From positions 2,760,982-2,824,981 of the forward strand of contig OZ242355.1 of the NCBI GenBank assembly GCA_965208805.1: 64,000 nt of DNA, in the 5' to 3' direction. Positions 41,486 to 51,130 of the stretch are shown here, piece after piece. Below the pieces are notes generated by a model. The model did no database searches, had not been told where the DNA came from, and worked only from the letters and a program-made list of their open reading frames with translations. The DNA comes from Acidimicrobiales bacterium. Its GTDB lineage: Bacteria; Actinomycetota; Acidimicrobiia; Acidimicrobiales; Bin134. A program made the translations under genes and the position numbers. How positions within the stretch are numbered: position 1 is the stretch's first letter; the number at the start of each line of letters is the position of its first letter.

Positions 41486-43252
41486 ATGGACCAAGAGACG
41501 CTTCGCTGGCTGACCGATCCCGACTCGGGTTGCTGGGATGAGTTGGGCTACCAGCGGTTCCCCCTCGGTGAGCCGGACTTGGTCGACACCGTGCCGCCGG
41601 TTATCGGTTGGGACGAGGTGCAGGATCGCTACGACGCCGTGGTGGTCGGCAGCGGGGCGGGCGGCGGAGTGGCTGCCCATGTGCTAGCCGCGGCCGGATT
41701 TTCGGTGCTGGTAGTCGAGCGAGGCCGCCCCCTCAGGTCCACAGAAATCGGCTGGGACCCGGTTCGCAATCACCGAACCGCTGTCTTCGGGTTCGGCGAG
41801 GGCGTAACGCCGGTCGGGAATCCCCGGGCCGTCAAAGACAAAGACGGCGAGCAGGCTCTCGAGCCCCACGATTTCCGCTACCACAACAATGCCGTACTGC
41901 TGGGGGGCGGACCCCGGCTCTACGGCTGCCAAGGGTGGCGGTTTGCACCGGAAACGTTCCGCATGGCCAGCGAGTACGGCATCCCCGAGGGCTCGGCCTT
42001 GGTCGACTGGCCGATCACCTATGACGATCTCGAGCCCTACTACGACCTGGTGGAGTGGGAGGTGGGCGTGGCCGGAGCGCCCGGCCATGCTGGCGACGGT
42101 CCCCGATCCCGCGGTTATCCGCTTCCCCCGTTCCCGCCCGACCGAGGCGGCGAGATGCTGGCTGAGGCCGCGGCTCGCCTGGGCTGGGCCACCGCGCCCG
42201 TTCCCCTCCTGGTCAACTCCCGGCCCTACGGGGGTCGTCCCGTGTGCGCGGGTTGCAGCCAGTGCGTCGGCCACCCCTGCCCGGTGGACGCCAAGAACGG
42301 CGTCCACAACACCCTGCTTCCTCGAGCCACCGCGGCGGGTGCCCACATCCTGTGCGACACCCTGGCCGCCCAGGTTGACGATGGCCGAGGCGAGGTGGAA
42401 CTGCGTTCCGAGCGGGGCCAGCGAACTGTGCGGGTCGACCGGATCGTACTGGCTGCCGGTGCGGTGGAGACCGCCCGGCTGCTGATGCTGAGCGGGCTGG
42501 GCAACGACTGGGTGGGCCGGTGCCTCCAGGGCCATACCTACGTGTTGGCCCACGGCCACGTTGACACCGACGAGCCGCTCAATGACGGCATCGGCCCCGG
42601 CCTGGCGATGGCCACTCGGGAGCACTGCCACAACAACGACGGCATCATCGGCGGCGGGATGATCGCCGACGAGTACGCCGTGTCGCCGGTGCAGCACTGG
42701 GTGATGGGCTCGTGGTTCCGACCCGAGCACCAGCAGGCGGCCGAGGCCGCTGGCGAAGTCGACGAGTACGGGCGGCCGACGGGCGCCTCGGCCCGGCAGG
42801 CCCTCCGAGACACCTACCGCCGCACCATCATGATCATGGGCCCGATCCAGGAAATCCCCACCCGCTCAGCCGGGCTGGACTTGTCGGCTGAAGTCCGGGA
42901 CCGGTGGGGCCTGCCAGTAGCCCGCTTCTTCGGCGTGCAACACGAGGAGGACCTGCGCACCGCGGAGTTCTTGGGCGACCGGGCCAAAGAGTGGATCACC
43001 GCCACCGGGGCCCGCGATGTGACCGGCGGCTCTATGGGATTCCAAATCCTGTCCGGCGGCCAGCACCAAGCCGGCACAGCCCGCATGTCGGACACTCCCG
43101 CGGGCGGGGCCGTCGACCCCAGCGGCAAAGTGTGGGGCTGCGAGCGGACTTACGTGGCCGACTCCTCCCTGCACGTCACTAACGGCGGCGTCAACCCCGT
43201 GCTTTCCATAATGGCCAACTCCTGGCGAGTAGCCGACCTGCTCTCTCGCTGA
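41486..43252 (+). CDS. GMC-family FAD oxidoreductase
   Basis: 588 aa. It has the FAD fold YDAVVVGSGAGGGVAAHVLAAAGFSVLVVERG and the C-terminal GMC block HQAGTARM...VADSSLHVTNGGVNPVLSIMA. Confidence 0.85.
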   Translation: MDQETLRWLTDPDSGCWDELGYQRFPLGEPDLVDTVPPVIGWDEVQDRYDAVVVGSGAGGGVAAHVLAAAGFSVLVVERGRPLRSTEIGWDPVRNHRTAVFGFGEGVTPVGNPRAVKDKDGEQALEPHDFRYHNNAVLLGGGPRLYGCQGWRFAPETFRMASEYGIPEGSALVDWPITYDDLEPYYDLVEWEVGVAGAPGHAGDGPRSRGYPLPPFPPDRGGEMLAEAAARLGWATAPVPLLVNSRPYGGRPVCAGCSQCVGHPCPVDAKNGVHNTLLPRATAAGAHILCDTLAAQVDDGRGEVELRSERGQRTVRVDRIVLAAGAVETARLLMLSGLGNDWVGRCLQGHTYVLAHGHVDTDEPLNDGIGPGLAMATREHCHNNDGIIGGGMIADEYAVSPVQHWVMGSWFRPEHQQAAEAAGEVDEYGRPTGASARQALRDTYRRTIMIMGPIQEIPTRSAGLDLSAEVRDRWGLPVARFFGVQHEEDLRTAEFLGDRAKEWITATGARDVTGGSMGFQILSGGQHQAGTARMSDTPAGGAVDPSGKVWGCERTYVADSSLHVTNGGVNPVLSIMANSWRVADLLSR

Positions 43253-43273
43253 GCCCGCCGTAGTGGCTCGGGC

Positions 43274-44575
43274 TCAGGCGTTCAGCAACTCCTCTTCGAT
43301 GCGCTCGGCCATCACTTGTTGAGCCCATTCAATCTTGGCTGGGATGTGCTCGGTGGGGAACAGGCCCTCGGAGGGGCGGTAGTCCTTGAGCACCTGCTTG
43401 GCGATGGTGTCCTTGTGGACCTCGGTGGGGCCGTCGGCCACCCCGAAGGTGGGGGCCATCATCCACATGTTGGCCAGCGGCGTCTCGTTGGACATGCCCA
43501 GCGAGCCGTGGATCTGCATGGAGCGGAAAACCACGTCCATGAGCACCCGGGGGGTGGCCACCTTCACCCCGGCTATGTAGAGCCGGGCCTTGGAGGTGTC
43601 CGACTGGTCGATCTGCCAGGCGGCGTGCAGCACCTGCAAGCGGAACTGCTCGATCTGGACCCAGGAGTCGGCGATCATGTGCTGCACCGCCTGCTTCTCG
43701 GCCAACAGTGAGCCCTTGGTCTCCCGGCTGAGGGCTCGCTCGCACATCATGTCGAAGGCCTTTTTGGCCGTGCCCACCGAGCGCATGGCGTGGTGGACCC
43801 GGCCCCCGCCCAGTCGGGTCTGGGCGATCTTGAAACCGGCGCCCTCCTCGCCCATGAGATTCTCGATCGGGACGCGGCACTCGTTGAACCGCAGGTAGCT
43901 GTGGCCACCGTGGCCCCGGCGCTCGCCTCCCACGCCCACGTTGCGGACCAACTCCAAGCCGGGAGCGTCATGGGGTACCAGCATCATCGACGATCCCCGA
44001 TACACCGACACGTCGGGGTTGGTTATGAGCATGACGATCAGGAACTCAGCCCGCGGGTAGTTGGAGGCAAACCACTTCTCCCCGTTGATCACCCACTCGT
44101 CGCCGTCGCGGTGGGCGGTGCAAGTGAAGTGGTTGGGATCGGACCCGCCCTGGGGCTCGGTCATGGAGTAGCAGGTGGAGATCTCTCCGGCCAGCAACGG
44201 CTTGAGGTACTTCTCCTTCTGCTCGTCGTTGGCGTAGTGGGCCAGGATCTCGGCGTTGCCCGAATCTGGGGCCTGGCTGCCGAATGCCGAGGGGCCGAAC
44301 GTGGAGCGGCCCAAGATCTCGTTCATCAGCGCCAATTGCACCTGGCCGAACCCCATGCCCCCCATCTCCGGCTTGAGGTGACAGGCCCACAGCCCCCGGT
44401 CCTTGACCTTCTGCTGGATGCGGCGCAGATGCGACTGCACCTCGTCGTCGGTCTTGTCGAACGGTGACCGCCCCCGAAAGTAGTGGTCTAGCGGCTCGAT
44501 TTCGGTGTGCATGAGCTCCGTAAGCCATTCAAGGTGGTCTTGAAACTCCGGATCAGTAGAAAAATCCCAGGCCAT
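43274..44575 (-). CDS. Acyl-CoA dehydrogenase
   Basis: 433 aa. CYSMTEPQGGSDP is the middle-domain motif, and a C-terminal helical domain with ...GPTEVHKDTIAKQVL is present. Confidence 0.9.
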   Translation of the reverse strand: MAWDFSTDPEFQDHLEWLTELMHTEIEPLDHYFRGRSPFDKTDDEVQSHLRRIQQKVKDRGLWACHLKPEMGGMGFGQVQLALMNEILGRSTFGPSAFGSQAPDSGNAEILAHYANDEQKEKYLKPLLAGEISTCYSMTEPQGGSDPNHFTCTAHRDGDEWVINGEKWFASNYPRAEFLIVMLITNPDVSVYRGSSMMLVPHDAPGLELVRNVGVGGERRGHGGHSYLRFNECRVPIENLMGEEGAGFKIAQTRLGGGRVHHAMRSVGTAKKAFDMMCERALSRETKGSLLAEKQAVQHMIADSWVQIEQFRLQVLHAAWQIDQSDTSKARLYIAGVKVATPRVLMDVVFRSMQIHGSLGMSNETPLANMWMMAPTFGVADGPTEVHKDTIAKQVLKDYRPSEGLFPTEHIPAKIEWAQQVMAERIEEELLNA

Positions 44576-44615
44576 GATCCGAGACTAGAACAGCCTCGCC
44601 CAACGGCGCGCTTTG

Positions 44616-46145
44616 TCAGCGGATGGGCGCGAGGTGGATGGGGAAGGCTTCTCGGATTCGGGCGTCGGCTTCAGGGGTGATGTGGTCGGGTTTGGGGCGG
44701 TTTAGCACTTCGGTGACGTAGTCGTGGGCTACGTCTTCGATGAGGCGGGCGCCAGCGTCCACCCAGTCGTCGGGGCTGAGGCGGTCGCCGATTTGGGGGT
44801 AGACGTACTCGGTCTGCATGAGCGACAGGGTCTGGGAGTGGCCAAGGAAGTGGCCCTCGCCGTGCACTACATCGGCGATTACCTCGGTAGACAGGGTCTC
44901 GGGGGTGATCTCGATGCCCCGCACCGTGCGGTTGATGGACCCCAGCATGTCGTTGTCGATCACCAGGGCCTCCAGGGAGCAGGCCATGATGCTGGCCAGC
45001 ATTCCGGCTGTCTCGTTGATCATGTTGGCCCCGGCGTTGGCCGCCAGGGTGACGGCGTTGGCCTTCTCGGCACCGGCCTGGTTGTCGGGAAGCTTGGAGT
45101 CGGCCATGCCGGCGGCCACTCCCGACGGCAAACCTAGGTAATTCACCACCTGGGCGGCCGCCGCGTTGATGATCGCCTCCTCACCGCTGCCCCCGCTCAT
45201 CGCTCCAGTGCGAAGATCGGACACGAACGGCCACATGCCCAGGACACAGGGATGGCCGGGCACAACCAGGTTGACTGCGGTCAGCCCGGCCAGGCATTCA
45301 GCCAGTGCTTGGACCAGCGATCCGGCCAGCGCGGCCGGCGAGGTGGCCCCGGCTTGGCCCGCGGACAGCAGGTTGATCGGCATGCCCCGTCGGGCCTGTT
45401 CCATAAGGCACAGGGCCGAATCTTCGGCAAAGCGCAAGGGCGGCACCACGAAGGTGTTGTTGCCGATGCTGAAGGGCCGCCGGGCGAACTCGCCCTCGGC
45501 ACCCAGCGCCATGTCGAAAAGGTCAATGCACTCGTGCACGTGCTCGGGTTGGAACATGGCCGTGCCCAGCGGCTTAGAGGTGCCAGCCAGGATGGCGTAG
45601 GCGGTATTGATGTCCAACTCCCGGGCGGTCTCCATGTCGCGGGCCACCAGCGTCCGCACGAACACGTGGATGTTGTCGAGGGTGTCGACGATCCGGGCCA
45701 CGTCGTAGAGGTCGGCCAATGTGCTGGGGCGGAAGCGCTTGGTGTCGTGGTCGAGCATCATCACCGCGGCCCCGCTGGTGCAGAGATGAACCCGGTTTCC
45801 ACCGATCTCCACCCCCCGGTCGGGGTCGAACCCGTACAGGGTGAACTCCTTGCAGGCCCCGTCCACTACTTGTTTGACCAGGTCGGGGGGGAACCGCAGG
45901 CGATCGTGTTCGTCCATTCGGCCACCGTTGGCGGTGACCGCCTCGATGATCTCTGGAGTGGCCTGCCCCATGCCCAGATCGGCCAGCAGGCCCAGGGCCG
46001 ACTCGAATACGTCGTCGCACTGGCCTTCGGACAGCGGCTTGTAGGCCCCGCCGGGCATTCCCGGCCACACCGCCCGGGCATCGGCTTCGGGCGGGGCCTC
46101 CCGCATGGCTACTCGGGCCGCTCGGCCTCCTGCACGTCGCGCCAT
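44616..46145 (-). CDS. MttB-superfamily methyltransferase, non-pyrrolysine type, paralogue 2
   Basis: 509-aa uninterrupted ORF, colinear with 14496..16031 in family blocks (Arg/Gly-rich N-terminus, ...LSAGQAGATSPAALAGSLVQALAECLAG...). No adjacent corrinoid protein gene. Confidence 0.9.
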   Translation of the reverse strand: MARRAGGRAARVAMREAPPEADARAVWPGMPGGAYKPLSEGQCDDVFESALGLLADLGMGQATPEIIEAVTANGGRMDEHDRLRFPPDLVKQVVDGACKEFTLYGFDPDRGVEIGGNRVHLCTSGAAVMMLDHDTKRFRPSTLADLYDVARIVDTLDNIHVFVRTLVARDMETARELDINTAYAILAGTSKPLGTAMFQPEHVHECIDLFDMALGAEGEFARRPFSIGNNTFVVPPLRFAEDSALCLMEQARRGMPINLLSAGQAGATSPAALAGSLVQALAECLAGLTAVNLVVPGHPCVLGMWPFVSDLRTGAMSGGSGEEAIINAAAAQVVNYLGLPSGVAAGMADSKLPDNQAGAEKANAVTLAANAGANMINETAGMLASIMACSLEALVIDNDMLGSINRTVRGIEITPETLSTEVIADVVHGEGHFLGHSQTLSLMQTEYVYPQIGDRLSPDDWVDAGARLIEDVAHDYVTEVLNRPKPDHITPEADARIREAFPIHLAPIR

Positions 46146-46146
46146 G

Positions 46147-48579
46147 TCAAGCCCTCGGTTTCTCGTTGTCGGGGTCGTAGGCCGGGCCGTCCAACACCAT
46201 CGCCGGACGGCGGTCGCTCATGAGCTGGACCTCGAACCGGGTGCCCGGCGCCTTGTACTCCGGCTTCACGTAGGCGAAGGCCAGGCCGCGCCCGGTGGTG
46301 TGACCCCAAGTGCCCGAAGTGGTCAGCCCGATGAGCTCGTCGCCGTCGTAAACCGGCTCGTTGCCCCGGCAGTCGTTGTCGGTGGTGTCCACCTCGCAGT
46401 ACACGAGGATCATCTCGATGTCGTCGCCCATGGCCAGCCGCTCTTCGGAGGCCTTCTTGCCTTGGAACTCGCCCGACCAGTCCACGAACCGGCCCAGGTC
46501 GGCCTCTACCGGGGTGATCTCGGTGGTCAGCTCGAAGCCCATCGCCTTGTAGGCCTTCTCGATGCGCATGGTGTTCATGGCGTAGGCGCCATAGTGGACC
46601 ATGCCCAACGGCTCGCCTACCTCAACCAGAGCGTCGTAGAGCTCGGCGGTGTGTTCTTGGGAGTGGTGCAACTCCCAGCCCAGCTCCCCCACATACGACA
46701 CCCGCAGGGCCAGACACGGCACCCCGGCTACCTCGATTTCTTGACCAGTGAGCCAGCGGAAGCCGGGGGCCTCCAGCTCGGCGTCGGTGAGCTGAGCCAG
46801 AATCTGGCGGGACAGAGGACCGGAGACGGCCAGGATGCCCATGTCGTCGGTACGGTCGGTAACGGTCACGTCCTCGCCGAATTGCACATGGTGGGCCAGC
46901 CAGTCCCGGTCGTGGAACTGCCCGACGATGGCGGAGTTGAGATAGAACCGGTCGGGGGCCAGTCGGGTAATGGTCATCTCGGTCTCGATGCCGCCCAACT
47001 CAGTCAAGAAGTGAGTGAGGCGCATCCCGCCGTCTTTGGCCGGCATGCGATTGGCGGTGAGGCGATCGAGCAGCGCCTCGGCGTCGGCCCCGGTCACCTC
47101 GAACTTGGAGAAGGCGGTGAGGTCGGCGATGCCAGCCCGCTCCCGGGTGGCCCGGCACTCGGCCCCCACAATGTCGAAGGCGTTGGAATGCCGGAAGGAG
47201 TGGGCCTCGGGCTCTCCGTAATACTGGGGGCGCTCCCAGCCGAAGATCTCCATCCACTGGGCATCCCGGGCGTCGAGCCGGTCGTAGATGGGATCGGTCT
47301 TCTGGGGACGACCGGCGAAGCGCTGCTCGCCAGGGAGGCGGGTGGCGTACATCTCGTGGAATTCGTCGATGGCCTTCTCGATGGCGTAGCGCCCGGTGGG
47401 CCCGCAGTGGTCGCCGAACCGGCGGGGGTCCATCTCGGCCACGTTGATCTCGGTCTGGCCATGCACCATCCACTGGGCCAGGTATTTGCCCGCCCCCGGC
47501 CCCTGGGTGATGCCGATGGAAGCCCCGGCGCACAGCCAGTAATTGCGCAGGCCGGGGGCCGGGCCCATGAGATAGCCGGAGTCGGGGGTGTGGGTGATGG
47601 GTCCGCTGACCACAGTCTTGATCCCGGTGTCGGCAAAGGCGGGGATCCGCTTGCCGGCTTCGATCAGCCAGGGCATGAGCTGGTCGAGATCGGGCGGCGT
47701 CAGATAGAAGTGCTTGTCCCAGTCGATGCCGTCGATCCCGTAGGTCTGAGCGTTCTCCCGCTCGTAGGGACCAACCAGCAGCGAGTCGATCTCCCGCCGG
47801 TAATAGGCCGAGGCCCGGGGGTCGCGGATCACCGGCGGGTCGAATTCGCCCAGCTCCTTCATCTCGGCCATGGGCTCGGTGATGAGGTACTGGTGGATCA
47901 CCGACACGATGGGCACGTCGAGGCCCACCATGGCGCCGAGCTGGGGGGCGTAGCACCCGGCCGCGTTCACCACGTGCTCGGCAATGATGCGGTGGGTTTC
48001 GCCCTTGACGTCGCAGACCACTTCCCAGCGGTGGTCGGGGAGTTGGTTCATGGCGGTGACCAGCGTGTGGCGGTAGAGCTCGCCGCCGAGCTGGCGGGCG
48101 CCCTTGACCATGGCTGCGGTGACGCTGGACGGGTCGGTCCAGCCGTCGTTGGGGGTCCAGCAGCCCATCAGCACGTCGGACACGTCCATGAAAGGCCAGT
48201 GGTCCAGGATCTCGGAGGGCTCGATCAGGTAGTTCTCGATCCCGACCAGATCGAGCATCCCGCTGACGTAGCGGAACCAGTCCACCTGGTGGCGGTCAAG
48301 GGCCAGGCGGATGGCGCCGGTGCCATGCCAGCCGCTGGCCAGCCCGGTTTCCTCTTCGATCTTGGCGTAGAGGTCGGGGGCCACCAGATGGCATTTGGCC
48401 ATGTTCAGGCTGCCGATGAAGTGGGGAATGAGTCCGGCGGCATGCCAAGTGGAGCCCGATGACAGCTCCCCCTTCTCCACCAGCACGGTGTCGGTCCAGC
48501 CCTCGTGGGCCAAGTGGTAGAAGAGGCCCGCGCCCATAGCTCCACCGCCGATGATCACAACTTGGGCTTCATCGCGCAC
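46147..48579 (-). CDS. FAD + GcvT-domain dimethylglycine/sarcosine dehydrogenase-like oxidoreductase, paralogue 2
   Basis: GTG at 48579 preceded by AAGGAG (9-nt spacer), giving 810 aa. QVVIIGGGAMGAG is the dinucleotide fold and LRVSYVGELGWELHH the GcvT block. The longer ORF to 48777 would overlap the upstream gene. Confidence 0.85.
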   Translation of the reverse strand: MRDEAQVVIIGGGAMGAGLFYHLAHEGWTDTVLVEKGELSSGSTWHAAGLIPHFIGSLNMAKCHLVAPDLYAKIEEETGLASGWHGTGAIRLALDRHQVDWFRYVSGMLDLVGIENYLIEPSEILDHWPFMDVSDVLMGCWTPNDGWTDPSSVTAAMVKGARQLGGELYRHTLVTAMNQLPDHRWEVVCDVKGETHRIIAEHVVNAAGCYAPQLGAMVGLDVPIVSVIHQYLITEPMAEMKELGEFDPPVIRDPRASAYYRREIDSLLVGPYERENAQTYGIDGIDWDKHFYLTPPDLDQLMPWLIEAGKRIPAFADTGIKTVVSGPITHTPDSGYLMGPAPGLRNYWLCAGASIGITQGPGAGKYLAQWMVHGQTEINVAEMDPRRFGDHCGPTGRYAIEKAIDEFHEMYATRLPGEQRFAGRPQKTDPIYDRLDARDAQWMEIFGWERPQYYGEPEAHSFRHSNAFDIVGAECRATRERAGIADLTAFSKFEVTGADAEALLDRLTANRMPAKDGGMRLTHFLTELGGIETEMTITRLAPDRFYLNSAIVGQFHDRDWLAHHVQFGEDVTVTDRTDDMGILAVSGPLSRQILAQLTDAELEAPGFRWLTGQEIEVAGVPCLALRVSYVGELGWELHHSQEHTAELYDALVEVGEPLGMVHYGAYAMNTMRIEKAYKAMGFELTTEITPVEADLGRFVDWSGEFQGKKASEERLAMGDDIEMILVYCEVDTTDNDCRGNEPVYDGDELIGLTTSGTWGHTTGRGLAFAYVKPEYKAPGTRFEVQLMSDRRPAMVLDGPAYDPDNEKPRA

Positions 48580-48599
48580 CGTAGGCCGCTCCTTGTCAA

Positions 48600-51044
48600 T
48601 CAGAGTCGAACCCGCTCTTTGCGGGGATCGTAGAACGAACGAATAGATCCGGTGGCGGCGATGGGCGTCCCGGCCACTTCGACCTCGAAGCGCCCAGATT
48701 CCACCCAGTCTTTGGTGACGCCGTCGGCGCACTCCACGTAGCCCAGGGCCAGCGCCCGCTTCTCGGTGTAGCTCCACATGCCGCTGCTGGTGCGGCCCAC
48801 CATCTGGCCGTCGCGGTAGATGGGCTCATCGTGGTACAGCAGCCAGTCGGGGTCTTCCAACCGGAGCTTGATGAGGCGCTTGGTGCGGGGCCCCTCCCGC
48901 TGGGCGGCCAGTGCCCCACGGCCCCGGAATCCGCCGGCCTTGTCCCAAGCCACCGCAAACCCCAGCCCGGCCTCCAACGGGGTGTCCTCGTCGGTAATGT
49001 CGTGGCCCCAGTGGCAGTAAGCCGCCTCCATGCGCAGCGTGTTCATGGCGTGGTAGCCGGCGTGGCGCAGTCCAAGGGAAGAGCCCGCTTCGACCACCGC
49101 ATCGTGCAGGGTCACGGCCTGTTCGTTGGGCACGTAGAGCTCCCAGCCCAGTTCGCCCACATAGGTCATGCGCAGCGCCAATGTCTCCGCGCCGGCGATG
49201 CAGAGATCCTGGGCCGTGCCGAATGGGAAGCCGTCGTTGCCGAGATCAGCGTCGCAGAGCTGGCTGAGCACGGCCCGGGAGTTGGGCCCCATCACGCCCA
49301 ACACCCCGTAGAGGTCGGTTACGTCTTTGAGCACCACGTCCCTTCCCCGGGCGGCTCGCCGCAGCCAGGCCCAGTCGCGGGTGGCGGTAGCCGCCGAGGT
49401 GACCACCCAATAAGAGTCCTCGCCCCGGCGGGTCACGGTGAGGTCGGCCTCGATGCCGCCGCAGTCGTTGAGCCACTGGGTGTACACCGCCCGACCCACC
49501 GGTACGTCCACCTCGTTGGCGCACACCCAGTTGAGCAGGGCCATGGCGTCGGGGCCCTCCACAGTGAACTTGGCGAACGAGGTCTGGTCGAACAGGCCCA
49601 CCGCGTTGCGGACCGCATCGCACTCGTCTCCGCTGACCTCGAACCAATTCTGCGGGCCCCAGCTGTAGCGGTACTCCCGCTCTTGGCCGGGGGCGGCGTA
49701 CCAGTTGGGCCGCTCCCACCCTCCGACCTCGCCGAACACCGCCTTGGCCGCGTCGATGCGCTCGTGCAGCGGTGAGCGGCGGATGTCCCGAGCGGTCTCG
49801 TACTGGCGGAACGGCCAGTGCATGGCGTAGAGCAGGCCGAGGCTCTCGGGGATGCGGGCGTCCAGATAGGCGGGCTCGCACTGGAAGCCGAACGAGCGCC
49901 GGATGTCCACCATCGAGAGGTCCATGGGCGGGTGATCGTCGACGATCCAGTCGGCCAGCACCCAGCCCACGCCCCCGGCCGACTGGATGCCCACCGAGTT
50001 GAACCCCGCGGCCACAAAGCAGCGGTCCACCTCGGGGGATTCGCCCAGGTAGTACACCCCATCGGGGGTGAAGGCCTCGGGCCCGTTGAAGAAGAGTTGA
50101 AGGCCGGCCTCCCCCAGCACCGGCATGCGGTGAATGGCCCGCTCGAAGATCGGCCCGACGTGTTCCCAGTCTTCGGGCAGGGTCTTGAACTGGAGGTCGC
50201 GGGGGATGCCGTTCAAGTTCCAGACCTTGCCCCGAGGCTCGAAGAAACCAGCCATCAACTTGCCGGTCTCCTCTTTGAAATAGGTGTAGTTGGATGGGTC
50301 GCGCACCGTGGGCATGTTGGGGTACGCCCCTTCGACCGGCTCGGTGACGATGTAGAAGTGCTCACAGGCCTGCACCGGCACGCTCACCCCGGCGGTGGCG
50401 GCAAGTTGGCGGGTCCATATCCCGGCGGCCAGCACCACGGTCTCGGCCTCCACCCGGCCGGCCTCGGTGTCCACCCCCACCGCTCGCCCGTCTTCCACCA
50501 CCACCCCGGTCACCGCCGTGCCCTGGACGATGCGGGCACCCCGGGCCCGAGCCCCCTTGGCCAGCGCCATGGTGGTGTCCACCGGGGAGGTCACACCGTC
50601 TCGGGGGATGAACAGCGCGCCCACCAAGTCGTCGACATTGAGCAGCGGGCACAGCTCGAGGGCCTCGTCGAGTTCGATCTGGCGGATGTCCACCCCCACC
50701 GTGCGGGCCATGGACATGCCCCGCAGCAGCTCCTCCCACCGCTCGTGGTCGGCGGCCACCGAAATGGAGCCCGGGGCGCGGTAGCCGGTGGCTTGGCCGG
50801 TCTCGGCCTCGAGTTCTTCGAACAATTGGGCCGAGTAAGTGGCCAGCCGGGTGAGGCTGTGGCTGGACTTGAGCTGGCTGACCAGGCCGGCGGCGTGCCA
50901 GGTGGTGCCACTGGTGAGCTGGCCTTGCTCGATGAGCAGCACGTCGGTCACCCCGCGACGGGTGAGGTGGTACGCGATAGAACAGCCGACGATCCCACCA
51001 CCGACGATCACCACCTGGGCCCGATCGCCGAGATCAGCCATCAC
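48600..51044 (-). CDS. FAD + GcvT-domain dimethylglycine/sarcosine dehydrogenase-like oxidoreductase, paralogue 3
   Basis: 814 aa. It carries QVVIVGGGIVGCSIAYHL and LRMTYVGELGWELYV. It lies 20 nt upstream of paralogue 2 on the same strand. Confidence 0.85.
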   Translation of the reverse strand: MMADLGDRAQVVIVGGGIVGCSIAYHLTRRGVTDVLLIEQGQLTSGTTWHAAGLVSQLKSSHSLTRLATYSAQLFEELEAETGQATGYRAPGSISVAADHERWEELLRGMSMARTVGVDIRQIELDEALELCPLLNVDDLVGALFIPRDGVTSPVDTTMALAKGARARGARIVQGTAVTGVVVEDGRAVGVDTEAGRVEAETVVLAAGIWTRQLAATAGVSVPVQACEHFYIVTEPVEGAYPNMPTVRDPSNYTYFKEETGKLMAGFFEPRGKVWNLNGIPRDLQFKTLPEDWEHVGPIFERAIHRMPVLGEAGLQLFFNGPEAFTPDGVYYLGESPEVDRCFVAAGFNSVGIQSAGGVGWVLADWIVDDHPPMDLSMVDIRRSFGFQCEPAYLDARIPESLGLLYAMHWPFRQYETARDIRRSPLHERIDAAKAVFGEVGGWERPNWYAAPGQEREYRYSWGPQNWFEVSGDECDAVRNAVGLFDQTSFAKFTVEGPDAMALLNWVCANEVDVPVGRAVYTQWLNDCGGIEADLTVTRRGEDSYWVVTSAATATRDWAWLRRAARGRDVVLKDVTDLYGVLGVMGPNSRAVLSQLCDADLGNDGFPFGTAQDLCIAGAETLALRMTYVGELGWELYVPNEQAVTLHDAVVEAGSSLGLRHAGYHAMNTLRMEAAYCHWGHDITDEDTPLEAGLGFAVAWDKAGGFRGRGALAAQREGPRTKRLIKLRLEDPDWLLYHDEPIYRDGQMVGRTSSGMWSYTEKRALALGYVECADGVTKDWVESGRFEVEVAGTPIAATGSIRSFYDPRKERVRL

Positions 51045-51130
51045 ACCTCATAAGCGCTCCAGTGCTACAAGGATGTCTGCGAATTTACCGAAGCCCTGGC
51101 CTCGCAGTGGGTGGTGAAGAAGGTCTCGCG

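Noticed and set aside
14496-46145. Pyrrolysine (in-frame UAG) decoding in the two MttB-family genes.
   Set aside because: Both ORFs (14496..16031 and 44616..46145) are uninterrupted, and no pylT/pylSBCD-like genes are visible. The only notable in-frame TAG (7591) is in an unrelated toxin gene.
46147-48777. The 876-aa version of dehydrogenase paralogue 2, and similar N-terminal extensions of 9566..10570, 54514..55542, 59330..60385, 36668..37852 and 33244..33885.
   Set aside because: The extensions overlap upstream genes or are Arg/Pro-rich with no homology pattern. Internal starts preceded by SD-like sequences coincide with the beginning of the conserved domains.
19691-51053. Other very long shadow ORFs: 19691..21118 (+), 20589..22004 (-), 24807..26909 (-, except its last 60 codons), 46105..48462 (+), 49818..51053 (+), 41684..42730 (-), 57354..58343 (+).
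   Set aside because: The reasoning is the same. Each overlaps a well-supported gene on the other strand or frame and has biased, repetitive composition. Only the 3' tip of 24807..26909 was kept, as the putative antitoxin 24807..24989.
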